Origin: Eledone cirrhosa
Lineage: Eukaryota
Assembly: GCA_964016885.1 (NCBI GenBank)
Contig: OZ024746.1
Span: 91,698,001-91,762,000 of the forward strand
Length of the DNA: 64,000 nt
Direction of reading: 5' to 3'
Made by a program: the position numbers and the translations under genes. Shown one piece after another: positions 27,429 through 40,734 of this stretch. A model generated the notes under the pieces. That model did no database searches. It had not been told where the DNA came from and was given only the letters and a program-made list of their open reading frames with translations. Position 1 is the first letter of the stretch. Each line of letters starts with the position of its first letter.

Positions 27429-27637
27429 AACAATTACACGCAAAGACAAAACCACGTTTATGGTATAAAAGAAGTCGTAGACTAATATTCGATTAGGTGG
27501 TTCATAGAGACGTTCTCTGGCAATGAACGGAAAAACGAAAATTATACGTCATATGTGGAGCGTGGAGAACAATTGCACGCAAAGACAAAACCACGTAAAT
27601 CGTATAGCTGAAGTCGTAGACTAAAATTCTAACTAGG
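27426..27637. repeat. Two-copy direct repeat (about 70 bp, about 140 bp apart)
   Basis: ACAATT.CACGCAAAGACAAAACCACGT...GAAGTCGTAGACTAA duplicated. Confidence 0.8.
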
Positions 27638-27779
27638 AAACCGAATGATTCTCGGCTTCAGAGTTAAGAATAAAGTAAATAAAATACAGAGGTAATTGAA
27701 ATTAAATAAATACATACACGCATCCATATACGTACATACACAAGCATACGCGAAAATCTCGCCATGGGTATACAAATAC

Positions 27780-27860
<81 letters not shown>

Positions 27861-28041
27861 GGGAAGTAAGGTTCTATACAAAACAGTAGATATAGAGAAA
27901 AGATGAAGTTGGAAATAGCACGGAAAATATATTTTAGGGTCTGTTTTTCTTTTTTTTCCTTTCTTTGATACGTCAAAGTGATATTATTGAAAAAGTGAGA
28001 GGGACAATTCTTTTAAAAAAGAGTTTTATAATGTATATAAA

Positions 28042-28181
28042 GTGGACATCCTACTAAAGCTCTTACTAAAACATATGCAGAGCTACATATGGGATGACCT
28101 TGATATGCTGAACCACCTACCCAAAACACTATTCTTGTCTCCTTTGATGTAGTAAACCTTTACACTAACATACCCCACAAA
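28042..28181 (+). pseudogene. Penelope-like element reverse transcriptase fragment
   Basis: VDILLKLLLKHMQSYIWDDLDMLNHLPK, frameshift, then TILVSFDVVNLYTNIPH (PLE RT motif A). Confidence 0.85.
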
Positions 28182-28242
28182 ATTATCATGAGTGTGGTAG
28201 GAGATCAGGGACACCTTCTTCTTCTTCTTCTTTGCTCACATA

Positions 28243-28611
28243 CTCTCAGGTCTTGAATAATCGCTCGCCCCCCTCCCCGCTTATTAATTTTTCAGACCTC
28301 CCCCCTGCTTTTATTAAATTTTTCTAATCTATCTTCAGCAAAATTTTATTTTAAATGGTAACATTCCTGTGACAATTAATGTTCTTTATACATTAAAATA
28401 CATTATAAATGACAAAAAAAGGACATTACTAGAAATCTCATACATTATAGAATAAATAAGATGGGTTGGGGTCTCAATATGCAAACTAAACGACTAATTC
28501 TGGTTTTTAAGATAATCAATGGAAACAGTAGAAAAATTACCAATTTTCCAACCCCTGCTTATTGCAGTCCCTGCTTATTCGACTCTCCCCCTAATATTTG
28601 GGACCTGAGAG
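28243..28611. mobile_element. Tc1/pogo-type MITE inserted in an RTE 3-prime end
   Basis: TA-CTCTCAGGTC ... GACCTGAGAG-TA perfect inverted termini; LINE sequence resumes after it. Confidence 0.7.
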
Positions 28612-28768
28612 TATTTCTACAAGGGTCATGGGAATAAGTCCTCAAACACTCCTTTCAGCAGGTCATGTCAGAGGCAACTGTCTCCAATTGATCTGGCTGG
28701 ATCCCCAAGAGAGACCAGTCAAGCTCACGGAGGTTATCCAACAATCTTACCTGAGGTCTGTACTTGGG

Positions 28769-29062
28769 CAGGGCTGGATTTACCAATAGGCAAAATATGC
28801 CATTGGACTAGGGCCCATGGCTAGCTAGGGAGCCCACTGAAACCAATTTATCGTGCAGTGTGTCAGCATATCACCGTGTTTCAAGTGTACACTATGTATT
28901 TTATTATATAATATACCGAAAACCATAAGGCTGCCCACTTCTCCAACAATTATAGGGACTGGACGATTGGGTTCCAGTTTAATAAGTATAAGCCACATGC
29001 CAACATTTCTATAAATGTTGACACCCACTTATGAGGGTCCACAAATAGGGCAATTCTGCCCT
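28769..29062. mobile_element. hAT-like MITE inserted in the same RTE fragment
   Basis: CAGGGCTGGATT ... AATTCTGCCCT imperfect TIRs; LINE sequence on both sides. Confidence 0.45.
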
Positions 29063-29231
29063 ACCCTTGGGTCTCCTGTTGGTTGGTTTACCAACATTAC
29101 AGCCACACTGTTATATTTGCTTCTATGTATTTCTAAATTGTTCTATCATTGTCCAAACACATAGTATGAAGTAACACATAACTCTCAGATGGATTGATGC
29201 ATGTATATTTACATATGTAACAGACAGGCAA

Positions 29232-29552
<321 letters not shown>

Positions 29553-30036
29553 TGAGGCCAACCCTTTCATTACTAGATTTCCAATGAAAGAAACAGCTCA
29601 TGATTTTTAATTAATTTTGAAAATAATTAATAATCAAAAGACAGTTTATTCTTTCTTTCCCTTTGTCCCCCCCCCCCTTTTTTTTCTTACTAAATAAGGT
29701 TTGTTTTTTGCTTTTGAATAAGTTTAATAACTTCATCTTGCTCATTATTAAACTGGTGTTTGGAATATAATGTTTACACACAAAATTCCGATGGAAGGTT
29801 TTTAGATATAAATAATTTCAAACAACCAGTTTTACGTCATAAAACCAGGTGCCATTTCAGGTGTTTCGGTATCAAAACGGTTGAGGCACTGAATTTCAAT
29901 GCTTATGAATTTAAATCCAGTTACTTCAATCATTGTTATGAAGGATATTTCAGATTTCCCTATTAATATAACAAATATCTAAGGTTAATTAGAAGTACAT
30001 ATAATCAATTAATTGGTGCTAGGAATCTTATGAATA

Positions 30037-30338
30037 TCTATATACTACTAAAATTCTGTGATTCATTAATTACTTACTTGCTTGCTTGTCTGTAATGTAA
30101 CACAGCCAAAAGTATGCATAATGGGGAAATACTTTGAAAGGAAGTTGACCCTGAAATGAGGATACAAATGGAATAAAACTAGTTCCGCATGAATCGGAGC
30201 ACGGGTTCCGGAGATATGGGGTTTTTCCGGGTACCTTCATAAACAGAGCGAGAGAAGGATAGAGAGGAAGAGTTAGTGGTTGTGAGAGAGTAGATTGAAA
30301 CAGAGACAAAGAGAGAGGGAGAGGAGACAGAGAAGGAG

Positions 30339-30380
<42 letters not shown>

Positions 30381-31209
30381 GGTGGTGGTGTTGTGTATAT
30401 ATATATATATGTGTGTGTGTGTGTCTATGACCAATGTATATAGATCACAGACACCTACACAAACACATATATATATATATATACACACACATACATATAT
30501 GTATGTATACTCACACACATACATATATGTATGTATATACACACACATACATATATGTATGTATACACACACACTTACATATGTATATACACACACACAC
30601 ACATTTATATATATACATACACACACGTATATATATGGGCCTTCCAATTTCATTTCACATTATATACACTAGCAGAAAACCCACCCTTCGGGTGATTTTC
30701 TGCTAGCATGTGTAGTGTGTATATTTATATTATACACAAATATATATGCATGTAAATAAAATCGTAATTGACAATATACACAGAAATTGAACGAAGACTG
30801 TGTTACACTGTCTTATGTAATCAGTAACGTAATCCATGATACATTTAAAAAAAGACAATATTATATATAAACTGCATTAAGAGTAAATTAGCAACGGAAA
30901 TATATGAATATTTATTTAAACGAACACTAACCGGAAGTGTTGACATTTGAAAATTTTAAAGAAGTGAATCTTTAAATAAGCTATAAAATATATTTAATCA
31001 ACAGCCACAAAATTTAGTAGATAAATTATGTAATATTCATTAATTATTTATTCAAAGTAATCCAACTTATTCTGGATGCAGTCCCGCACTCCTTTCTTTA
31101 TTATAGTTAAGATGTCTGTGTATATTTTAATCATTTAAAAATTATTTTTAAGTGAACATGATTTTTTTATTTTTAAGTGAACGTGACCTACAGGTCACGG
31201 GTGGTCTAG
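30037..31209 (+). mobile_element. Non-autonomous Helitron family 3 hosting microsatellites and a nested Helitron
   Basis: A|TCTATATACTACTAAAA start; CGTGACC-TACA-GGTCACG hairpin-GGTGGT-CTAG|T end. Confidence 0.75.
30669..31112 (-). mobile_element. Nested complete Helitron family 2 copy
   Basis: Minus strand A|TCTTAACTATAATAAAG ... hairpin ... CTAG|T. Confidence 0.8.
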
Positions 31210-31699
31210 TAAAACACAAACATCTACAATTAAAGTGAGATAAAAGTAAGCAGTCAATTCAACACTAAGTGCATCAATTGGTCACAAACCACAACACGGT
31301 CAGTGGACATTTTTGAAGCAAGCCAACATGCCCGTAGGATTACAGAGGATAATAGCAAGGCTGAGGCATTGAAACAACCAGGCACCCTCACAAACATCAC
31401 CTGACACCTCGGTAAGGTGAGCTACTAAGAAAGACAAGAACTTGTCAGTGGCTCAGCTCCACCAAACTTCTCAAATGCCACAGGCTGAAATAAACAGTTC
31501 GTTGATAATAGCTGGTATTTTAGGATTATTTATAATTGGTTTAGAATGGTAATGTTCCTAAATTCATGTATTAACATTTAAACATTTTGAATCCTTCACA
31601 GCTCCATCTTCAGAATAAGAATGGTTATACTAATGGCATTTTGGTCACATGCTTAGCAGTGGGGGTAAATTATCATGAGTGTGGTAGGAGATCAGGGAC

Positions 31700-32010
31700 G
31701 TCTTCTTCTTCCACTTATTCCAGAGAGAATCGTGGAGGCAGAGTCCTCAAACACTCCCTCCAACAAGCCCTGTCAGAAGAAACCGACTCCAACTGATGTG
31801 GCTGGATCCCAAAGTGAGACCAGCCAAGCTCATGGATGTTATCCAACCATCTTGCTCAGGGTCTACCCCAGGGTCTCCTGCCGGTTGGTTTTGCCCATAA
31901 AATCTGTCCAGTGATTCTTTCCTGAGACATTCTAACCACATGTCCCTAGTATCGGAGCTGTGGTCTCTCAATTCGGAGTAGTAGCAGCTCCTCTTGGAGT
32001 GACTCTCTGA
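31700..32010 (-). mobile_element. RTE-clade LINE 3-prime fragment
   Basis: IERPQLRY.GHVVRMSQERI-like translation; (GAA)n tail. Confidence 0.75.
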
Positions 32011-32331
32011 TCAGATAATGCCACTACTTCTTAAAATATCATGGACACCTGATTTAAAATTTCTCATTAGTTGAAGCATGGCAATTATCTTAATTGCTTT
32101 TGCATATGCTGTATCTGTGTTGATATTTGGTTTATATTCTAATATTAGTAGAGCCTCCATAGTTGTCCCCCTGTTTTGTGTGGAATTCTATATAGGGTTA
32201 TAGTGCTATGTATGGAAATGTATTGCTCTTTGTTGTAAGTGCATGGTTAATTGAGAGGAGAGTGTAGTGGTTGTATGACCATTGTAAAAATGTATAATTT
32301 AAGTTTATCATAAAAATCTTGTTCTATTATA

Positions 32332-32376
<45 letters not shown>

Positions 32377-32393
32377 AACACACACACACACAC

Positions 32394-32452
<59 letters not shown>

Positions 32453-32470
32453 CATTAACACACACATATA

Positions 32471-32725
32471 AGGCAGTGAATTGGCAGAGTCATTAGAATG
32501 TCAGATAGACTGCCTTGTGGTATTTGTTTCAGCTCTCTGTTGTGTGAGTTCAAATCCCACCAAGGTCAACTTTGGCTTTCATCCATTCGATGTTGATAAA
32601 AAAGTACCAGTTTAGTACTGGGGTCAATTCTTCCTCTATATCTCTCTCTCACTCTCTATCCTTCTCTGGAAGAAATCTACTCTATTCAGTCTTGGACACG
32701 AAATGGGCTCCGCCAGGTTTAAGAA
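32471..32725 (+). mobile_element. SINE with family A-like head and core but a different tail (second copy at 49175-49385)
   Basis: TGGCAGAGTCATTAG, GAGTTCAAATCC, Deu/Nin-like core, tail CTTCTCTGGAAGAAATCT...GCCAGGTTTAA shared by both copies. Confidence 0.7.
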
Positions 32726-32804
32726 ATGTCATAGAAACGCTGTACGTCAATGACCCCCCCCCCCCCCCCCCAACTCCTCCAGGAGTTACAGAACCATACA
32801 AGCA

Positions 32805-33192
32805 AATACACACACACACATACATACACACACACACACACATACACACACACATACATACACACACACACACAGACACACACATGCATACACACACACA
32901 TACACACATACACACATACACATACATACACACACATACACACACACAAATACATACACACACATACATACACACACATACATACACACACATACATACA
33001 TACATACACACACACATACACACACATACATACACACACATACACATACATGTACACACACACACACACACACACATATATACACACATACACACAACAC
33101 ATACACATACACACACACATACACACACAACACACACAGTCACACATACACATACACACACATGCACACACACATACACACACATATACACA
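32805..33192. repeat. (CA/TA)n compound microsatellite
   Basis: Directly visible. Confidence 0.95.
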
Positions 33193-33737
33193 GATTAAAT
33201 TAAACTAAGTGTAATATTCAAATGTACTTAAACTTTAAACTGACTGTAAAATAAGTTTCTGAGTTTAAAGTGTAAATAGAATACATCTGTGACAGCTAAT
33301 AGATTAGTTTATTAGTTATTGATTATAAATTATTCAATCCAAGGTGTGTGTTTGGGAGGAGGGAGATGGTGTCAGACATTCTTTGGTTAAATTCTTACAT
33401 TTTTTTTGTCTTTTCTATGGAAAATATTTTAGTAAATTCTTTTGACATATTTTTAAATATTCACTAGTATTATTTTAATGAATATTTTTAGTTTAACCCA
33501 GCATTTAAACTGGCTGTATCCGATCAGAATTCTCTCACCACTTTCTGTTCAAACCAGCTGTAACCAGCTGCTCATACTACTGTTAAGGTATTGTTCTCAA
33601 AATAAATACTTTCAAAATATCAATTTTTAGGAGGATAATTTATAAGTTCATAGAGATATGTTAATTTGGAGATTAGGGGCTAAAAATAATCTTATGCAGT
33701 TTGAGTATTTTCACTGATCATTACCTCTCTCTCTCTC

Positions 33738-33851
<114 letters not shown>

Positions 33852-33982
33852 CATACATATATATATGTTAATTTGAGTATGGGTTGGTTAATTACCGACA
33901 CTTCAGTATACAGGGTAGGTGCATTCGTCGAAGTGTGCAGGTGGGTCTGTTTACTCCGGACTATATTTATAAGCAAGTAGTA

Positions 33983-34264
33983 TAAGTCAACAGGTTAAAA
34001 TTAACTTTGTTTATTCATATTCGCTGATATATATATTTCGGTGATAACTATTATGCAACAGCTATGACTTCTTCAGACAGCTAGAATTTGAACAGAAAAA
34101 ACAGAAAAACATAATGGTGAAATAAAGTTTGCTTCTGTTATTTCGATTTTTTTATATGTTCAGTGCTGCCTGATGAAGTCATAGCTATTGCATAATGGTT
34201 ATCACCAAAAATATATATAACAATGAATATGAATAAACAAAGTTAATTTTAACCTGTTGACTTA
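33983..34264. repeat. Inverted repeat with about 100-bp arms and partly decayed hammerheads in both arms
   Basis: Arms 33983-34081 and 34165-34264. Left (minus): GCTGT-CTGAAGA[21 protein letters not shown]. Right (plus): GCTGC-CTGATGA-stem-AAAA (GAAA mutated). Confidence 0.85.
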
Positions 34265-35171
34265 CACTTTTTGTTGATATATATATATATTATATGTAGA
34301 CTGGAGTGAATTCTTTTTTTAAATTCTCTTTTACAAAAGTAATACTATGAACGTGTTTCTCACACATTCCTGGAAATTATAAGCTCAATGGAGAGAACAG
34401 ATACTGATGCTTCTATACAAAAAAAGAGAATCATTTTTACAAGACATAAAACAAATAAAAGTTCTAAATCTCAATAGAAAATTAGAAATTATATTGATAT
34501 TCTTGAAAACATCTGCCTTTTCTTGTATAAGTTTGCTGATAGTTAAGTGTTAATTTAATATTCAAGAATTTCTTTAACTCTTTTATTATATTTCAAATGA
34601 AAAACACTGTCTGTGATTTAAAAACAAAAACAATAATAAGTAAGGACTTAGTAAGACAACTTATTATTAAACTGATATTTGAAACATAACTTTGTAAGAA
34701 TATAAAATTATGATGAAAAAGTTTTAGATAATTATAAACACTTTAAAATAAAGAATTTTGCATTGTAGAACAAAGAATGATTTGGTATCAAAAGAGTGTA
34801 ACCCTCAATATTTTTTATTGCCAATATGGCAATGAAATAGTTAACACTACGATCTGGCTCTTTGATGTCTTTAGTGGAGTTAACTCTTGAAAGCATTGGG
34901 GCCAAATCTTCAGTTTAAGGAGACCTTTCTTTTCTCCTACTAGTCTTAGAGGCATCATCATGGGCATAACCATTCTCTCATAATTAAGTGATATAAAACA
35001 TACAAGACTAATCAAACATGAATTACTAACAGATATTTCCTCAACGTTGTTGTATTGATATTAGGGTTAAATCAATTTTAAGGCCCTCAGCACTTAAATG
35101 ATATGAAGTCGCTCCACACCCCCAGATCTGCAAAAAATATTTTTTGAATGACAAATACAATGAATTTCAAT

Positions 35172-35359
35172 ATAATTGTTTCTACTTTTGGCACAAGGCC
35201 AGCAATTACCCAGTACATTACTGGTACTTTATTTTATCGACCTCGTAAGGATGAAAGGCAAAGTTAACCTCGGCAGAATTTTAACTCAGATCGTAAAGGG
35301 ACGTAACTCTATTCTGGAAAGCATGTCTGACCCTCTACCGATACTGTCAATTTTCACCG
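35172..35359 (-). mobile_element. SINE family A copy with 11-bp TSD
   Basis: TTCAATATAAT at 35166-35176 and 35360-35370. Confidence 0.9.
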
Positions 35360-35582
35360 TTCAATATAATGGTGCCTCTTGATGCCCTAAACATAGGCAT
35401 ATTTTGTTAATCTATCCCTGATTTATATGTGTAGGATTATAATATCAATAACCCAATTTAATGAATGCAATAACAGACACATGATTCAGTTGTAACACAC
35501 AGTAATGAGTGAACCTCTATATAGTTGCTCGACCTGGTAGAAATAGCAGCCAATTCTTCCTTAAATTGCACCTACCATTTAA

Positions 35583-35682
35583 AATAATTGTTTCTACTTT
35601 TGACACAAGGCCAGCAATTATCCAGTGCATTACTGGTACTTTATTTTATCAACCCCGTAAGGATGAAAGGTAAAGTTAACCA
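35583..35682 (-). mobile_element. Truncated SINE family A copy
   Basis: TSD ACCATTT(A/T)AAATAAT at 35574-35588 and 35679-35693. Confidence 0.85.
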
Positions 35683-36120
35683 TTTTAAATAATGAAAGAA
35701 TACACTGGATAATCTAGTCCAAGAAATACTCCTTATAAGTCAGAGTGACCGCAGAGTGACAATAGAGTGACCACAGGGCTCAAGTTGTTGACTTCCTCAC
35801 AGTTGACCTCCTCGCAGTTGACCTCCTTGTGGTTGACCCAGGAAATTGATCACTGATCTCTGATCCTGATCAGGCAAATGATAAAAACCTGAGACAACAA
35901 CAGTCTTATATGCAAGAAGAAGAAGAAGAAGAAGAAGAAGAAGAAGAAGAAGAAGAAGAAGAAGAGTGTTTATGATTAGAATGCATTTAACCACAGGTCT
36001 AGTCAAGTGAGATTGACCTGGTGCCTAAATAATAACTCACCCAAAGTATACTGTATACATTAAGTCTATAGAATAAATAAATTTACTTTAAAAAAATCCA
36101 TTGAAAGCCTCAACACAAAA

Positions 36121-38122
36121 TATATTAAACCTCATTACGACATCTGCAGGTTCAGGCATAGTTGTGTGGTTATATTAAACCTCATTACGACCTCTACAGG
36201 TTCAGGCATAGTTGTGTGGTTATATTAAACCTCATTACGACCTCTACAGGTTCAGGAATGGTTGTGTGGTTATATTAAACCTCATTACGATCTCTACAGG
36301 TTCAGGCATAGTTGTGTGGTTATATTAAACCTCATTACGACCTCTACAGGTTCAGGAATGGTTGTGTGGTTATATTAAACCTCATTACGACCTCTACAGG
36401 TTCAGGAATGGTTGTGTGGTTATATTAAACCTCATTACGATCTCTACAGGTTCAGGCATAGTTGTGTGGTTATATTAAACCTCATTACGACCTCTGCAGG
36501 TTCAGGAATGGTTGTGTGGTTATATTAAACCTCATTACGACCTCTACAGGTTCAGGCATAGTTGTGTGGTTATATTAAACCTCATTACGACATCTGCAGG
36601 TTCAGGAATGGTTGTGTGGTTATATTAAACCTCATTACGACCTCTACAGGTTCAGGCATAGTTGTGTGGTTATATTAAACCTCATTATGACCTCTGCAGG
36701 TTCAGGAATGGTTGTGTGGTTATATTAAACCTCATTACGACCTCTGCAGGTTCAGGAATGGTTGTGTGGTTATATTAAACCTCATTACGACCTCTGCAGG
36801 TTCAGGAATGGTTGTGTGGTTATATTAAACCTCATTACGACATCTGCAGGTTCAGGAATGGTTGTGTGGTTATATTAAACCTCATTACGACCTCTGCAGG
36901 TTCAGGAATGGTTGTGTGGTTATATTAAACCTCATTACGACCTCTGCAGGTTCAGGAATGGTTGTGTGGTTATATTAAACCTCATTACGACATCTGCAGG
37001 TTCAGGAATGGTTGTGTGGTTATATTAAACCTCATTACGACATCTGCAGGTTCAGGAATGGTTGTGTGGTTATATTAAACCTCATTACGACCTCTGCAGG
37101 TTCAGGAATGGTTGTGTGGTTATATTAAACCTCATTACGACCTCTGCAGGTTCAGGAATGGTTGTGTGGTTATATTAAACCTCATTACGACCTCTGCAGG
37201 TTCAGGAATGGTTGTGTGGTTATATTAAACCTCATTACGACATCTGCAGGTTCAGGAATGGTTGTGTGGTTATATTAAACCTCATTACGACATCTGCAGG
37301 TTCAGGAATGGTTGTGTGGTTATATTAAACCTCATTACGACCTCTGCAGGTTCAGGAATGGTTGTGTGGTTATATTAAACCTCATTACGACCTCTGCAGG
37401 TTCAGGAATGGTTGTGTGGTTATATTAAACCTCATTACGACATCTGCAGGTTCAGGAATGGTTGTGTGGTTATATTAAACCTCATTACGACCTCTGCAGG
37501 TTCAGGAATGGTTGTGTGGTTATATTAAACCTCATTACGACCTCTGCAGGTTCAGGAATGGTTGTGTGGTTATATTAAACCTCATTACGACATCTGCAGG
37601 TTCAGGCATAGTTGTGTGGTTATATTAAACCTCATTACGACATCTGCAGGTTCAGGAATGGTTGTGTGGTTATATTAAACCTCATTACGACCTCTACAGG
37701 TTCAGGAATGGTTGTGTGGTTATATTAAACCTCATTACGACATCTGCAGGTTCAGGAATGGTTGTGTGGTTATATTAAACCTCATTACGACCTCTACAGG
37801 TTCAGGCATAGTTGTGTGGTTATATTAAACCTCATTACGACCTCTACAGGTTCAGGCATAGTTGTGTGGTTATATTAAACCTCATTACGACCTCTACAGG
37901 TTCAGGAATGGTTGTGTGGTTATATTAAACCTCATTACGACCTCTGCAGGTTCAGGAATGGTTGTGTGGTTATATTAAACTCCATTACGACCTCTACAGG
38001 TTCATGCATGGTTGTGTGGTTATATTAAACCTCATTACGACATCTGCAGGTTCAGGAATGGTTGTGTGGTTATATTAAACTCCATTACGACCTCTACAGG
38101 TTCATGCATGGTTGTGTGGTTA
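36121..38122. repeat. 50-bp minisatellite (40 copies)
   Basis: Unit TATATTAAACCTCATTACGACCTCTGCAGGTTCAGGAATGGTTGTGTGGT; the last unit runs into the SINE-like head TGGTTGTGTGGTTAAGATG. Confidence 0.97.
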
Positions 38123-38413
38123 AGATGTTCTCTTTATGTTGACCAATGGTGGGAGAGTGAAACTACGAAACTACGAAAGCTTGTCATGTATGAGTTTGTG
38201 TTTATATTTACACTTTCTAACAATCTGTGCTATTTGCTTTATGCCCGCTAAGAAGTTCAACAATAAGAGAAAGTTAAAATAAGTACCAGACTTTAAAATA
38301 AATACTGGGGTTGGTAGGATCAAGTAAACTCTTGAAGCGGCGCCCTAACATAACGGCAGTCGAAGGACTAAAGCAAGTAAAAGTAAGAACAGCACAATTA
38401 ATATATAGATTAT

Positions 38414-38608
38414 AGGGCGGTAGATTGGCAGTATCGGTAGAAGGCCGGACGCCATACTTTGCAACATAGAGTTACGGCCCTTTTCGGTCTGAGTTCAAAT
38501 CCCGCCAAGATTAACGTTGCCTTTCATCCTTACGGGGTTGATAAAATAAAGTACCAGTAATGCATTGAGGTAATTGTTGGCCTTGTGCCCAAAGTAGAAA
38601 CAATTATT
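38414..38608 (+). mobile_element. Full-length SINE family A copy
   Basis: A and B boxes, core and tail; flanking ATT.ATATATAGATT duplication. Confidence 0.9.
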
Positions 38609-39533
38609 GATATATAGATTTCTGGCGGAGGAGCAAGGCATATGACTATTACAGAAGGACATAGATTGATGCCCAGTATTTGACTGGTACGTATTTTCTG
38701 TATCCTCAAAGAATGAAAGACAAAGTCTACCCCAGAAGGATTTGAAATCATAACAAAGAAAGAACATAAATAAATGTCTGCAATTCCTTTTGTTAGGTGC
38801 TCTACTGATTTTTCTCATAACTCTCATTACTATGTAAATATATAATTCTTTGTCTCTCTGTCAGTTTGTCTTTTCCTTATGCATTCCCAAACAGCTGGAC
38901 CAAATCAAAGCAAATTTTATAAGGTATTTGACTCCAGGAGTGTCAACATGTAATTTTTATTTTCATTTGGATTAAAACAATATAACATTTTATCAAAAAT
39001 AATCTTTCTATAGTCAACTATAGTAAACAACATTTTAAATTACTACGACGATGACAACAAAGTCACATTTTGTATATGAGTGTGTATGTGTTTATGAGCA
39101 TGTGTGTGTGTTTGCACGTTCGTTGGGTATGTTAGGCCTTAGTAAGTTACACAGCGAATTAAACACGCACACACATCTACACATTCATATACATATGTGG
39201 TGACTGACAAGTATATGTGTGTGCGTGTATGTGAGAGTGTATGTGTGTGTGTGGGTATACATACATTTCTGTGACAACTGACAACATAATGAACACACGC
39301 ACACGTCTAAAGAGAAAGAGACACAGAGAGTGAGGCAGAGAGAGATACAATTAAAGTGTTAGATATTTAGAGAGAGAGAGAGAGAGAGAGAGGGGAGATA
39401 GAGAGAGGGGGGGGAGACGTCCCACAAAAGTCTAGAATTGGCTTAAACTATAGGTCAAAGTATCAGTTGAATGTTTAACAATATTGCTTTAGCTTTTATA
39501 AAGTGTACATATGTATATGTATATATGTGTATG

Positions 39534-39578
<45 letters not shown>

Positions 39579-39737
39579 ACGCGTGCATACTTACATTTCT
39601 GTATCAGCTGTGCTCGGGTGAGAAATAAAATTCTAATTTTATTTTTAATATTCGGCAAGGCCAGCTGTAACTCTCTCAGTATGCAAATGAGGTTACTCAG
39701 CTGATGTGTACTTAAGAAATTCTATATATTTTTAGCC

Positions 39738-39824
39738 GTTCAACAGACTGGCAGAGGTATGCAGTCCTGATGAAGGGTAATGACCCAGAAACATGTTGAT
39801 TGTTCCTCAAAGCCAGTGTTGAAC
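39738..39824 (+). ncRNA. Type I hammerhead ribozyme with extended stem I
   Basis: GCAGTC-CTGATGA-AGGGT-AATG-ACCCA-GAAA-CATG-TT-GATTGT; outer pairing GAGG/CCTC, ACTGGC/GCCAGT and GTTCAAC/GTTGAAC; palindromic AACATGTT stem III. Confidence 0.8.
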
Positions 39825-39950
39825 AAACAGGTGATGATCGGTCACCGGCATGCCACAGCTTCAAATTGGGCCATTTGTTTACAAACGAATCAAACATTAT
39901 TATTAATGTTCAATGTAACCCATACGTATGTATATGTATATATGTGTATG

Positions 39951-40236
39951 TCATCATCATCATCATCATCATCATCATTTTACGTCCGCTTTTCTCTGCT
40001 TCCAACGGTTGGATGGGTCCTATTCAGCACAGCATCTCTCCACTTGTCACGGTCCTTCGTCATCTCCACCGTGAGTTTCAGCGATCTGAGGTCTGCTCTC
40101 ACCACCTCCGTCCATGTTTTTCGTAGTCTACCTCTACCACGTCTTCCTTCAACTGGCATTTCCTGGCACTTCTTCACCCATCGGCCAACCTCCATGCGCA
40201 TCGCATGTCCATACCACCGCAGTCTCCTCTCTCGCA
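39951..40236 (-). mobile_element. RTE-clade LINE 3-prime end with (GAT)n tail
   Basis: RERRLRWYGHAMRM...GRRGRGRLRKTW...DRDKWR; same family as 46479-47340. Confidence 0.9.
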
Positions 40237-40688
40237 TGTATGTATATATATGTGTGTGAGTATATATATATATATGTGTGTGAGTATATATATATATATG
40301 TGTGTATATATATATGTGTGTACATGTGCATACTTACATTTATGTATCAGCTGTGCTAGGGCAAGAAATAAAATTCTATTTTAATTTTTTGAAAAAGTCG
40401 TTTTACACCAGTCTTTGATTTTACAGAACACAGAAAAAAATTGATACTATTTGAAATTAATTTACGGTGTAGATTAATTTAGCTTTTTGAGGATAGTATC
40501 ATGTTATTATTGACTTAGTTCAGACTATGAGACAGAAAGACAATCGTAACTTTCTGTAAGTGTACAGAACCTGAAACAGAAAACAAAAAAGATTAAGGCA
40601 AGAAAAAAGACTATTGCAATAAACAGAGGTTCAATATGAAAATCACCAAGAGGCAATGACAATTGCGATGAAGTTTCATGACTGTTTT

Positions 40689-40734
<46 letters not shown>

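Noticed and set aside
34810-34980. Minus-strand terminal exon candidate (ENGYAHDDASKTSRRKERSP* followed by AATAAA)
   Set aside because: Weak acceptor and too short to distinguish from chance
36121-38122. Regular array superficially like CRISPR
   Set aside because: Head-to-tail units with no unique spacers, no cas genes, eukaryotic context; the same applies to the other arrays
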